Of a stretch of 64,000 bases of DNA, positions 1 to 12,866 are shown piece by piece. The translations under genes were made by a program, and so were the position numbers. The stretch lies in assembly GCA_030141605.1 (NCBI GenBank), contig JAQGDQ010000237.1:62001-126000 (forward strand), written 5' to 3'. The stretch's first letter is position 1. Each line of letters opens with the position of its first letter. The notes beneath the pieces are model-generated. The model made no database searches, was not told the origin of the DNA, and saw only the letters and a list, made by a program, of their open reading frames with translations. This stretch comes from Tubiluchus corallicola. Lineage: Eukaryota > Animalia > Priapulida.

Positions 1-1132
1 AAATAAATGTTAAAACCATTTTTAATTAAGATACGCGTTGTGGATGAAACTCTGCTTAAAGAAAATTCTTGAAACAAAAGTAACCGTTTTAGTTCAAGAT
101 AACGACAGCATATGAACTGGAGATCACTTTGCCCAAGTATAATATAGCTGAGTGGTTATGTGTGTACTAAGCGATCGAAGTCAAGCTACAACTAATCTGG
201 CCAGGAAATGGATAGATGACTGTTAGAAAAGCTGTTTCTGGGTCGTTTCATTTGCCCTCCGTCTGTCAGCTACCGATCTCGACAAAGACGGATGTTACTA
301 AGATGTCTCTGCTGGTTCAGTGTATCATTTTAGAAGATTAACTTTGTTAATAAGATGCTGGTCCTGTCACAACCATGTACATTATGCATTTATGTCAATT
401 ATTATTGTTTTGTTATGCTATTGTTGCACCTACTGTCCCCCTGGTCAATGAAATTAACTAACTAACTACATATATTAGATTCTAATCTAATAGTAAAGTG
501 CCTAACTTGCTTTCCACATGACACAATCTACTTACGGACTCACTCGCTGACCCAATTAATCACATCCCATGCTGCTGTAAATGATAAAAGTTTGCTTGTT
601 CGTTTGCTAACATTTCAAGTTTACTTAATCTTTTGACTTTCAGCTGATCTTTCAATATCATCCTAATGGGTTATGATAATCTAAAATATATACGATGAAT
701 TCAGTAAAAAAATCTGATGTCGTAGTGATGTCACTCGCGCTTGCACACGTGAGTGGATAATTAACTTCGAGTACTTTGAGCCGGCTCCACTTAATCATTC
801 AACAACTATGTACCCACACGAAATTTATTAAAAAAACACTTTGTGAAAAGTAAATGACCAAATCTGGAGTAACTACGGTAATTTTTCACAATGCCTTGAC
901 GGACTTCGTAAAGCAAAAGACAGGAGCTGACTATTAGTCTCCATGAAAAACCAAGACAACGTTTATTTACATATTCTCCTGAATCCGTACCATGCGCGCA
1001 TCGTTACCAAGCAGTAAACATAGAAGGAAAAAATTGTAAAAGAGCAAAACAGACACGTTAAATAAACAAACTAGGAGATTAGTATGTCACAAAAGTTATA
1101 TCCTGTATCCCTGTACAGTGTGTTGCGCCAAA

Positions 1133-1365
1133 AGTGGCAACGAGCAACACTGGCAACAGTTGCAGCGTACACACTAGCAACAGTGGCAGTGAGCAACACT
1201 AGCAACAGTGGCAGCGTACAACACTAGGAACAGTGGCAGGGAGCAACACTGGCAGTGGGCAACACTAGCAACAGTGGCAGGGAGCAACACTGGCAGTGGG
1301 CAACACTAGCAAAGTGGCAGCATACAACACTTGCAACAGTGGCAGCGAGCAACACTTGCAACAGT
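1133..1365. repeat. Degenerate short-unit tandem repeat (GCAACACTAGCAACAGTGGCA)
   Basis: Visible periodicity. Confidence 0.8.
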
Positions 1366-1570
1366 AGTATAATAGATTTCGGCTTTTCACTTCAGACTAC
1401 GATTTTAATAGCAATTAGGTTAGAGATACCACTTACTATTATGAAGTGTTTGGAGGCTTCCATTTCACCTTAAAGAAAAACCGCACCCACAACTACTAGC
1501 AACTATATGTAACTTAAAACAACCTACCCTATAAAACATTGAAAGGGAACAATGCTACTTAATCAACAAC

Positions 1571-2302
1571 GTTTTACGTTGAAGAGTTTATTACCACAGA
1601 AACGTAGCGTTTGCTAGGCTAGTTCCTCGCAGTTTTACGTTGAAGAGTTTATTACCACAGAAACGTAGCGTTTGCTTGGCTAGTTCTTCGCAGTTTTACG
1701 TTGAAGAGTTTATTACCACAGAAACGTAGCGTTTGCTTGCCTAGTTCTTCGCAGTTTTACGTTGAAGAGTTTATTACCACAGAAACGTAGCGTTTGTTCG
1801 GCTAGTTCTTCGCAGTTTTACGTTGAAGAGTTTATTACCACAGAAAGGTAGCGTTTGCTCGGCTAGTTCTTCGCAGTTTTACGTTGAAGAGTTTATTACC
1901 ACAGAAACGTAGCGTTTGCTCGGCTAGTTCTTCGCAGTTTTACGTTGAAGAGTTTATTACCACAGAAACGTAGCGTTTGCTCGGCTAGTTCTTCGCAGTT
2001 TTACGTTGAAGAGTTTATTACCACAGAAACGTAGCGTTTGCTAGGCTAGTTCTTCGCAGTTTTACGTTGAAGAGTTTATTACCACAGAAACGTAGCGTTT
2101 GCTCGGCTAGTTCTTCCGAGTTTTACGTTGAAGAGTTCATTACCACAGAAACGTAGCGTTTGCTAGGCTAGTTCTTCGCAGTTTTACGTTGAAGAGTTTA
2201 TTACCACAGAAACGTAGCGTTTACTCGGCTAGTTCTTCGCAGTTTTACGTTGAAGAGTTTATTACAACAGAAACGTAGCGTTTGTTCGGCTAGTTCTTCG
2301 CA
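1571..2302. repeat. 61-bp tandem repeat x12
   Basis: Unit GTTTTACGTTGAAGAGTTTATTACCACAGAAACGTAGCGTTTGCTCGGCTAGTTCTTCGCA. Confidence 0.95.
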
Positions 2303-5210
2303 GCCGTGGATATATAAATTCTAAATTAGTGCGTATGCTGTCGTACTGGTGCAATGGTATTTCATATCTGGTTAATATTAATGGTTTATATTAATTAATA
2401 TTAATAATTTTGCTTTAGATGCTGACAGGGACCTGATTTGTTTAATCTGCAAAAGTAGAGAATTCCAAAGTAGAATTGCTTGCCTGATTATAGAGTTTGT
2501 TCCATAGTGGGTATTTACCCTAAATTGTTTTAGATTACTTGTTCTGGAATTGGAAAAAAAGCTAAATCTGGCTAACTAACTACGTGTAAAAAACAAATGT
2601 GTTTGATAGGTGGGGTATACTACTAAAGCTAAAGTTTAGGTCACAAGACTGGCTTCGTTTCAAACACTTTTATGAAAGGCATATTTGTAAAAATGCAAAA
2701 ACAAATAATTATAGAATGCTAAATTAAAATGCTTGACGGTGACAAAAACGTTTAGCCACTTCACAAACTATCACATCTTGTTGACTTGCTAAGTTCGACG
2801 TTAGATTAAAAATGCGTCAATAACCTTATTTACTAACACTATGTTATGTGATTTAGCACTGGGTCGCATGTTTTTTGCCAGGCGTGGAATGTCGCATACA
2901 AAAACATTACTGACAGAAAACTTAGTTCTCATTTATGAATTGTGGTATCAATGCTCCTACAGTAATTTCATCAGCTGCATTAGCTTTTTGTAAGGCATCG
3001 TTAACACCACAGCACATTACAGTATTGGGAATTGTTTGATCTATATAGTTATCGAGCAAGTTCATATCAAGTTCGGTAATCATGAGTCCTCTATGGGTAT
3101 GAATCTGTGCATATTTACCTGTCATGTTGGGTTTCACGTATGCAGTTCTAGAATCACTAATAATAAACGTACTTGTTGTATCCCGTAAAGTCTTATTGAT
3201 TCTGCCTTTTGTCCTTGTTTCTGTTGTGTTTTCGTTGTTTACATTTGGTTTATACGTGGCACTGAAGCCATCCGGCGAAGCCAAGGTAACACTGAGTCTA
3301 CCAGCGTTGTTGTTTGCAATCACTACCTGTTCTTGCTGTTTGCGTTCCCTCAACGTTGTAGACATTCCATTCATTTGGAACAAAAGTTGATTTAGCTGAT
3401 CATTATTGCTGGACATTATTCGATGTATTTGCTTGCTGTTGGCTTCCATGACGTGTTACAAGTTGTAAATTTCCTACTGTACTTTTCTGTTAGGAAAAAT
3501 TGGTTTTACAGATAAATGCATCTTTCAGAACTGAACAGAACATGCGAATTTTCACATTTTTGTGTTCGTTCGTCTGCACACGCTTGGTCAGTTTACACAA
3601 AGCTGCAACTTTATCTGGGGGGGGGGGGGTAGCCATTACACACGACTCGTCAGTTTGGATAAAACTGCTATTCTGTTTGGGGGTCGGTCAGTGTGTGTTG
3701 AGATCGTTATGATATGTGATACACAGTTTGTGTATACACCATCGTGCTCCAAAACTTGAAAAGTTTGAAAAGAGAGTGACATCAGTTGTTTTTTAACGAT
3801 TTGATCCTGAGTTTCGGAAAGAACAGAAAACGCATCACTAGGCTCCTTATCCTTAAGATTTGTTGATTCCGTTGTGATACTACCACGTTTGTTCCGATGT
3901 GACACTACAGTGACTGTTTCTAAATCATCACAGTTAGTAAACGTCGAGCTCATGTCGGGGGTGGGGTGGGGGGAGGCTCATATTTCTTGAGAACAATTCA
4001 TCAATTCTCCAAGCGCTGATGATTCTTGTTCATCTTTTGTATTAATGCTTAACGATAACAATAGTTGTATTAAACATATCAGATTTTTTTCAATCCACTT
4101 TTTGCAGGCTCCTCCATTTATTGTGATCACTCCAGATTCTTGGACACTTAACCTTGTGACTTGTTTAATATCAGGAGGCATCGTGATGTTGTGACAGTGT
4201 ATACGTCCTGTTTGCTTTTCCATTTTTTATTTTTGGTTATTTGTTCCAAATACATTAAAACTATTGGAAAGTTGCTTCGTAGTTTGACCAGTTTATTTAT
4301 GAAATTGTCCAGTCCATCAAAACATAATCATAACCTTGACCATAACCAGGCCCTATTTCAGGGGGGCTAAGTGGGGATACTTCCCCGGGGCCTCACCCTC
4401 CAGGGGGGCCTCACGCCGAGGTAACATTTTTTTGCTTTATGCGAACATACTGCCTCCTCTTTCCCCCTCTCGCTCTTGCCGCACGCGCGCCGTTTGCCTT
4501 GTGCGGCTCGGTGCCGATGTTCAGCTGTTTTCAATTTTGGAATTTCTAACACCGGCTTGTACGGAAGTGAGAGTACGTTATCACATATTTCAAAGATGTT
4601 TTTTATTTGACTATTTGACAAGTATTAAGGACTGGTCTTGAAAATAAAGCAGTTTTTCTTTCAATTGTTCTTTCCTTTAACAACTGTATAACTCCATATT
4701 TTCCCTTCGAAAATGTTTCTCCGATGTTTTAGCAGTTCAAAAAATTTTTGAAGTAGCATTCCAACCATGATGGCGCCCGCCCCACGGCGCTTCGCCACCC
4801 CCTGAAAGGGCCTCACACGCCCCACTTCCCCGGGCCTCGCTTAAGCTGAAATAGGCCCTGACCATAACCATAACCATGACCATAACGTGTTAAACAAACA
4901 GAAATTTTTAGTTCAAAAGATTCACAGACAAATTACTTCATTATAACTTGGCAAAAAATAAGATACTAAATGCATAGATCTTTACCTTCTTGGCTGGCTC
5001 AGACCATTATAGACTCACAGTTTGCATTTTTCAGAGTGTAAACCTCGAAATTTAAACCAACTCAAGATTCTAGAGCAATTTTTTAACCAGCAAACTCTGC
5101 ACACCTGTGCAGCCAGGTAAATCAGGTACCTTGGGTCGTGTGATGTTCAACCTGCTGAAGCAAGACATATTTCAAAGTTGGCTCCAAGAGATGGAGCCAC
5201 GCTACAAAAA
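2303..5210 (-). mobile_element. Decayed CR1/L2-group LINE (ORF1 with SGNH esterase-like domain, ORF2 largely missing)
   Basis: ORF 2922-3449 has TFIISDS...CCGVND (SGNH block I/III-like). About 2410-2550 reads RVNTHYGTNSIIRQAILLWNSL..IKQIRSL, typical of CR1/L2 ORF2 ends. 5' boundary approximate. Confidence 0.6.
4347..4860. mobile_element. hAT-type MITE nested in the LINE remnant
   Basis: TIR CAGGCCCTATTTCAG / CTGAAATAGGCCCTG (14/15) and perfect 8-bp TSD ACCATAAC. Confidence 0.9.
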
Positions 5211-6636
5211 ATTCGTTTTACCTTAAACGTCCCTCTTTTGCATATTTTTCTTGACACAGGGACGTAGGCACAGTTTGAATAATCTTTTTTTTTTTACTTC
5301 ATTTATGTTACAAGCGGCAATTTATGTTACCAAAGACTATAACTGTTCCTTTGTCTATTTCTATATCAATTTCATCGTTAAAAGTAGATCTTACTTTTTC
5401 TTTGAAGCTGCTCAAGAATTACCTTGTTTTTTTACCTTGTAGCACTTCAGATTTTCCGGCTTCCATTTCACAGTGTTTTTGCTTTCTTTAGATTTCACTT
5501 CACTGTTTTCACACGTTGAATTTATTCCACTGACTTGGTTTTTACGCAAAATCATTAAGTTGAAAAACTGTTTTGACTGATAAAGACGCTTTTAATAAAA
5601 ATGTCGGTGTCTTAGACGGTTTTGTTGGCAATCTACATTGTATGCTCTGCATTGCGTGTGTAACTGACAAATATAGTACAAGTTTCTCATTTCATATGCA
5701 AAAGTGTACGTTAATTTTAATAATTGTTGTATTGCAGATGAATGCAATTTGTGAGTTTAACTAAATTGGAAAGAAACCGTTGCTATGCTCCGAGAGAACG
5801 TTTAGAAACACCCAGTCTACGACTTTTAAAGGGTTAATAATTAATATAAATTTGCCACCTTACGACCCGTCATTGTGTGACTTTGGCATATTATGCAAGC
5901 TTTGAAATTGAACGCATTTCCGATTATGGTTTAATTAAATTAAACTACTCGGCCTTAATTGGATTTACATTGTGTAGCTATCTTCACTCGAAATGATTGA
6001 TGAATTGGAGTGTTGTAAAAGAAAAATGTAACGCTGAAAGCTTGCTGCTGTCGCAAGTTTGTCAAGCTTGATGGAAAACCGCATGAAGAGCACTCTCTAC
6101 GACACATTTGCATAATGCTTCAAACAAATTTCAGCAAAATTTATCTATAAGATACATAAAAATACGTTTGCCGGGGATTTGCAACTATTAATTAATCAAT
6201 TAATTACCTTGCGCCAGATATTCAGCTACTGAACTTTACAGAAACAAATGTCAAAAGGTCAAATTTGCAGGATACGACCTTGAAAACCTTGATATTAATG
6301 TATGCAACACGCTGTAACGCATTATTACGCATGATTTATAGAAGGCAAAGAGAGTAGCCAAGTGATGATGGCGTGTGCTTAGTGCTGGTCAGAAATTAGA
6401 TAGGTGACTATCGTATTTAACACTGTCTCTGCTTGATACTGATTCTGGTTGTTTACTCTTGAAGGAGAATCTATTCACATTCAAACGTAGCTATAACAAC
6501 CCTCTATCAGCTTGTGCTTTATCTTAGAGACTTAGCCATGACAATTGGCTGGGTTCCAGCCCAGCCGCAACCATCCACATTAAGTAAGCCCTGCCATTGA
6601 GTACTGTATTCCGGCTTGAAGTGAGCCAAATTGAAG

Positions 6637-6720
6637 GTGAGTGAGTGAGAGTGAGTGAGTGAGTGAGTGAGTGAGTGAGTGAGTGAGTGAGTGAGTGAGT
6701 GAGTGAGTGAGTGAGTGAGT
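6637..6720. repeat. (GAGT)n microsatellite
   Basis: Direct observation. Confidence 0.95.
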
Positions 6721-9700
6721 AAGTAATTTTCAAAACATGTACTCTATTTAGGACCATACAAATGGGTCCTTTATAAACATGGGTGTTTTTGTACTCTATT
6801 TAGGACCATACAAATGGGTCGTTTATAAACAACGGTGTCTGTTAAAACACTGTAGGCTAAAAATTTTAAAATCAGGATTTCCCAGGCAAAATCTTGTAAT
6901 TTTAGGTACAAAATAAAAAGTCAACAAGCAAATTAGAAACCTATTGGACTAGTGTATTTCTATTGTTCAGACACTGAAAGGACGGATATACAAAGTTAAC
7001 ACAGTACACTAATTTATTCTTTAACCTTTATATGCAAATGTATCGGTTGTGCCTTTCAAGATGCAAACTGAACATCTCTAAATGTTTGATAAATTTCTAA
7101 CATGGAGATTAAAAGTTCCTTACTGCATTTGAAAACTGGTGACATTTTTCTGTTTATCAGAACTAACTTATGAGTGCTCATTTCCGGGGAAGTTGCACTT
7201 TAACATAATCAAGCCAGATTGATTAAAAAGTACATTAAACTTGCACCCACATATTCAACTTAAGCTGATAAATAAAACAATAGTAGGTGCATTACCGATT
7301 TCAAAATAGCAGATTCCATCTTGCTAGCTTATCATACAGAAAAATGAGTGAACTATCTTCTTGCTCGGTAATAACAAAAATATCTGACGCAAATAACAAA
7401 CATGTTAGTATACAAATAAGAAGGGTGGCGAAATAAGACGGGTGGCGAAAACGTGATGTTTTACCGAATCAGACACCCCTAATAGTTTGAGGACACGTGG
7501 GACGAAAAGTAAAAAAAATCGGTTAGGTTCACGTTTAAAGTCGCTGGGATTCATTTAATAAACACCCAAAGTGACACTACAAATTTATGCCACGTAGTTG
7601 CCTGTGTCCGCCATGTTGGAAGTTTTAAAACTATTTTCTTATCTCACAAGTTTGTACGAATATAACATCAGTCAATGATAACAGTGTAAAATACTTACAC
7701 TCGAGTCTTCTAAATAACATTATTCAAGTAAAAAAACACAAATGACAATAATAATTCACACAGTAAAATAATAATATTAACACTTCACACTACAAAAAAC
7801 GGAAGACTCCATACTTACACAGTCGCTCAGACAAAAAGGAGACTGTACCTCGCTTGTCACGCGTTTTTATACCTGGCGTGGCTTCAGACAGAATCAGACT
7901 GGTCCATTCTAAGCAACAAAACTGGCGTCGTTACCTGTAATACTTCCTGTTCCTGTAATAGAATGTGATTATTACCCCAAATGACAGTGGACATTAATAT
8001 ACAACCTACAGGGCAGCCACTCCTGTTGGGCAAGGCAACAATGTTAAAGCAAAACCGGACCCCAATGTTAAACTGTAGGTCAACACAATCTGCTCTTTAA
8101 AATATTTACACGAATCTTACTATTTTTCAAAAAATGACTTACGTGAAAGAATTATTACCACACAAAAACGATTTCACGTTCACGCCACTAATTCTTCGCT
8201 GTTATATGCATTTCGCCATTCGCTAGATAGACGGGCACTAGCGCCTGCATTTCGCAAACGTAGTGCACAAAAAACTCTAAATTTGAAATTTGAATTTTTA
8301 TGTTAAAACTTGCCTAGTTTTAGCACAACACACTGATTATCTTACAGTAGCTCTGTACTTTAATTTTCTCTTTCACAAAGATGTGTAACTCGCATGAGCT
8401 GTTGTGTGTATGTGTGTTACTGAAAATTATGTTAGTTTGTGACGTCATCAAAAGGTGGGGTCGACCACCGTTAATTAAGTTTTCAGTCTATTGTTTAATT
8501 ATCAGAAACGTCTTTATCACCAAATCTCTCCTTTAACAAAGAAACAGCTTCCTTATAATTGCCATCTACAGGCTGCAGGCCATCTATCACATGAGCAGCT
8601 TCACCTTTAATTGTATTGGACTTTGTCTGATGTAATATTGGTATGCTTATAGTTAGTGTTATTTGTTAGTGCACTGTTCTTTTGGAACACCCTGTATAAA
8701 AGAAAGTTATCATTCTGTTGAATACTAATATTAGCTACTTGACAATAAACCAAAAAATATTTTTAATAATTTAAAAATCATTTTCATCTTTCTTTTTCAA
8801 ACACAGATTTAACTCAGTTTTCTCTTACCTAATCAATCTAAAATCACCATTTTCCTTTTTTCCTTTTTCAGTGATATACTCTAAAACAGTTTTGCTTTTG
8901 CTCAACCAACCTATATTTTCCCCTTTTTCAGTAAAAGATTTTTCATTAACAAAAATTGAAAAACTGCAATTCACTAGATCATGGAAATATAATTTATTTC
9001 TACTTGACTTTATTGACTCTACTTTTTAAATTGCAAAAATTTTAAACCAACACTTTCCAAACCAGCTTCAAAATGTGTCATTGTTCCAAAATTTCTGTAT
9101 ACAGCAAAATAACAAAAACTCCAAACTCAAATTCTTGTTTTTGCAAACCATTCACACAGTAAACAGCAAAGTAAATATTTAGCCATATTTTTCATACGGT
9201 TTTCAAACGTGCAATTTACTTTTATATATCAGATTTAACTACAGAGCTGTGGATCCCCATTGCTTGAGGACCTGGCAGTGTTGCTGACTCACGTTACTCC
9301 TTAACTATTATTCTGCACTCTACACTTCAAGCTGGAATTTTAAGTTTTATGACAGCTTAGTCTTTTTTTCTAAAGTACAGGCCAATAATGTACTTACAGA
9401 TAACTTAATCACCAAGTTAAATTATCATCTCAACTTCAGAACTTTTTTATTTTTTTATGTCACGGCTTTCTGGATCCAGTTAATGACATAAAACAATGCA
9501 AAAAACGAGACCATGCTAGCAGGTTATTTTTGTTAATCTTACAAAAGCTGCTAGATACTTATTCATCGATAATTGTTGAATCTAGTTTATTAGTCATTTA
9601 TTGTCGTTTTTTGTCTGTTTTCAAACATTCCATTCAAGGCAAAGCAAGGCGAATATTATGCTTTATGCTTTATTAAATGTACTAGCATAAAATATTGTAA

Positions 9701-10822
9701 TACTTATTAGAGCAATTGATTTCCTTTCGCGATTAAACTGTATGGATTGCTGTTCGCTCATTGACTCATACTTGTATTATAAGTTTATTGTAACTTTATT
9801 TTTCTTGTTACAGAGTTAAAAATAGTGTTAATATTTATTTATTTATTATTAATAATAAAACACTAAAACTGCAGCAAAAAAAACAAAACGTTTGTGTTCT
9901 GAGAATGTTTATTGTGCTCAAGGTACAAGAATGGCTGTAACAATTCTCGATGCAATGATATTAATATAATTGTCAACTGCATAATTATTATTAGAATAAC
10001 TAGGGCATTATAATCAGACTCTACACAGAATTTTGTGGAAACAGTACTATGGAAAAATAGGGAAAGCAGTAGGAGGGGGACGAAAAGACCAACATATTTT
10101 CATAAACAAGAACATTAGTACTTTCACTGAAAGTACATAGGTTATCACTAGTGTTCAGTAACTAAATGGAGTAGGCATCAGCATCAGTGTGGTCATTTTG
10201 TCATGCAAAAGGCAGAAGGAATCTGAGAAGAGCATAAGCACTGAAAACAATAGAACTGTTAATTGCAGTGAGATGAAGAGAACTACACTGAAACTAGGAG
10301 TTCATGCAATTCAAACTTCTAAAACGTAAAATCGGAAAGAGTGAATGGAATTTACCAGTGAGAAGAAAGTGAAAAAAGGTACCACCGTGGGTTTTAAGTG
10401 AGTGAACGAGTAAATTAGGACGCAAGAACGAAGGAAAGTTACACTGCACTACACAAAACTAAGCTTTCATAAGAATTGTAAGTGTGAATCAGAGATCAAA
10501 GAAAATGAACGTTTTCAGTAAATCCGACTGCTGTGAGAATTGGAGATCATAGACAAAATGGGGCTTTTCAGGGATAACATGTAACGCGATGGTGTTCAGT
10601 GAATCAGCAGACAGTGAAGAAGGGAGTCATGGATCATATGCACCAACCAGAATTTTCAGCGAGTGACGGCTAGGCAGAAGAATTGAGAATTGTGCACAAA
10701 ATGAGGGTTTTCGGGAATGATACATAAGATGAGGATTTTCAGTCAACCAGACTGCTCTGAGGAATCAGGAATTATTCACCAAACAAGGATTGCCGGTGAA
10801 TCACTGCTAGGAGAGAGAATCG

Positions 10823-11550
10823 GGAATCATGCACAAAACAATGGGTTCAGTGAATCAGTCCACTATGAGGAAGAATCAGGAACCACGCACAAAACAATGG
10901 GTTCAATAAATCAGTCCACTATGAGGAATCAGGAATCATGCACAAAACAATGGGTTCAGTGAATCAGTCCACTATGAGGAGGAATCATGCACAAAACAAT
11001 GGGTTCAATGAATCAGTCCACTATGAGGAGGAATCAGGAATCATGCACAAAACAATGGGTTCAGTGAATCAGTCCACTATATGGAGGAATCAGGAATCAC
11101 ATACAAAACAATGGGTTCAGTGAATCAGTCCACTATGAGGAGGAATCAGGAATCATGCACAAAACAATATGTTCAATGAATCAGTACATTATGAGGAGGA
11201 ATCAGGAATCATGCACAAAACAATGGGTTCAGTGAATCAGTCCACTATGAGGAGGAATCAGGAATCACGTACAAAACAATAGATTCAATGAATCAGTCTA
11301 CTATGAGGAGGAATCAGGAATTATGTACAAAACAATAGGTTCAATAAATCAGTCCACTATGAGGAGGAATCATGCACAAAACAATAGGTTCAATGAATCA
11401 GTCCACTATGAGGAGGAATCAGGAATTATGTACAAAACAATAGGTTCAATGAATCAGTCCACTATGAGGAGGAATCAGGAATCATGCACAAAACAATGGG
11501 TTCAGCGAATCCGTTCTCTACGATGAAGAATCAGGAATCATGCACAAAAC
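10823..11550. repeat. ~56-bp minisatellite, ~13 copies
   Basis: GAATCATGCACAAAACAATGGGTTCAGTGAATCAGTCCACTATGAGGAGGAATCAG. Confidence 0.92.
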
Positions 11551-12707
11551 GAAGTTTCCAGCAACCAACTTAAAACTGGAGCGTTATGTGAACAAGGGAC
11601 GGAATAAAGGAAGCAGACAAGGATTGCATGCTTCTTTAAGCATACACACAAGGGAAGGATGAGCACTTTACTAAATGCTACAAAACATGTTAGCATGTAC
11701 AGGACAGACATGTTCGAGTCAATTTAGATTAAACATTACAGAACTATTTTCCATATTTTTAACCTTACAAACACAGCAAACTTGCAAGCCAACTAGGTTA
11801 CGCAAAATAAATGAACTATTATTAATAAGCAAGTACAACAAACCCACTAAGAAGCCAACTGGCTAGTTACAAAATAACAAAAGTACGCATAATTAATTAA
11901 TCAATGATTAAAGGTTAAGAATCTAATCATTTACACAGATGGCATAATCAATTGACCAAATTGACACAATGCGCTTCACCGAGAAAGACTAAAAACAACA
12001 AGGCTTTTTTATTTTAAACTGAAGGCAGCATTCCTGCAACTAGTAACTTATACAATGACTTTACAATAAATGCAATAACATATTGCCGTGCATTCGTCAA
12101 TCTAATGATCATAAATACATAATATCAGAAAATACTAGCAACTTATAAATTGTCCACCGATACTAGTGACATGTTTACACGCATTACACAATTATTACAG
12201 TTTTGCTTGTTCCACATAGTCAAATGAATAGGATATAAATAAAAAAACATTGCGCTTAAATTTATCTAAGAAAAAACTATACCAACTGGAACAACACAAC
12301 TAATCATGTTAATGATGATCAATACAAAAACTTAACTTGTCCCAAAGATATAATAATGAAATGCTGACGAAAATAAAAACTGCGTCAAAACGCGGTAAAT
12401 TTTTCATTGCCAACACAAAATGTAGTAGCTTATAACCTGGCTATAGCTGTTAATATGTCAGTAGGAGGTGGTGTCAGTAAAATTCATAATATCTGACTGT
12501 TCGTTGTACAATCACTAAAATACATAAGCAAAGAAAACAGAATTGTACATTGCATGACGTCAACATAATTTCCGAAGTGAAACAAACAACAAGTTTTGCA
12601 GAAAGAACACCTGTGCTTCAAATTCAAATTCATACTTTAAAGTAAACGGCAGGATAAACAAAATATACGTTCACATCATAACTAACAGCATGACTTATTT
12701 ACACGCT

Positions 12708-12866
12708 AGTTACGGTGTGGGAACAGCCTGTCCACAAGTTCACCTATCCAGTTACGGTGTGGGAACAGCCTGTCCACAAGTTCACCTATCCAGTTACGGT
12801 GTGGGAACAGCCTGTCCACAAGTTCACCTATCCAGTTACGGTGTGGGAACAGCCTGTCCACAAGTT
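12708..12866. repeat. 42-bp tandem repeat, ~3.7 copies
   Basis: AGTTACGGTGTGGGAACAGCCTGTCCACAAGTTCACCTATCC. Confidence 0.92.

Noticed and set aside
1571-2302. Hammerhead-like motif on + strand in each 61-bp unit (TTGAAGA...GAAACG-TAG-CGTT)
   Set aside because: Core has U at position 3, stem II lacks the G-C closing pair next to GAAA, and stem I barely pairs. A minus-strand LINE 3' end explains it better.
10717-11526. ORFs in the 56-bp array, and those at 12690-13034, 32187-32659 and 44011-44391
   Set aside because: Products of tandem repeats with no recognisable domain or exon context.
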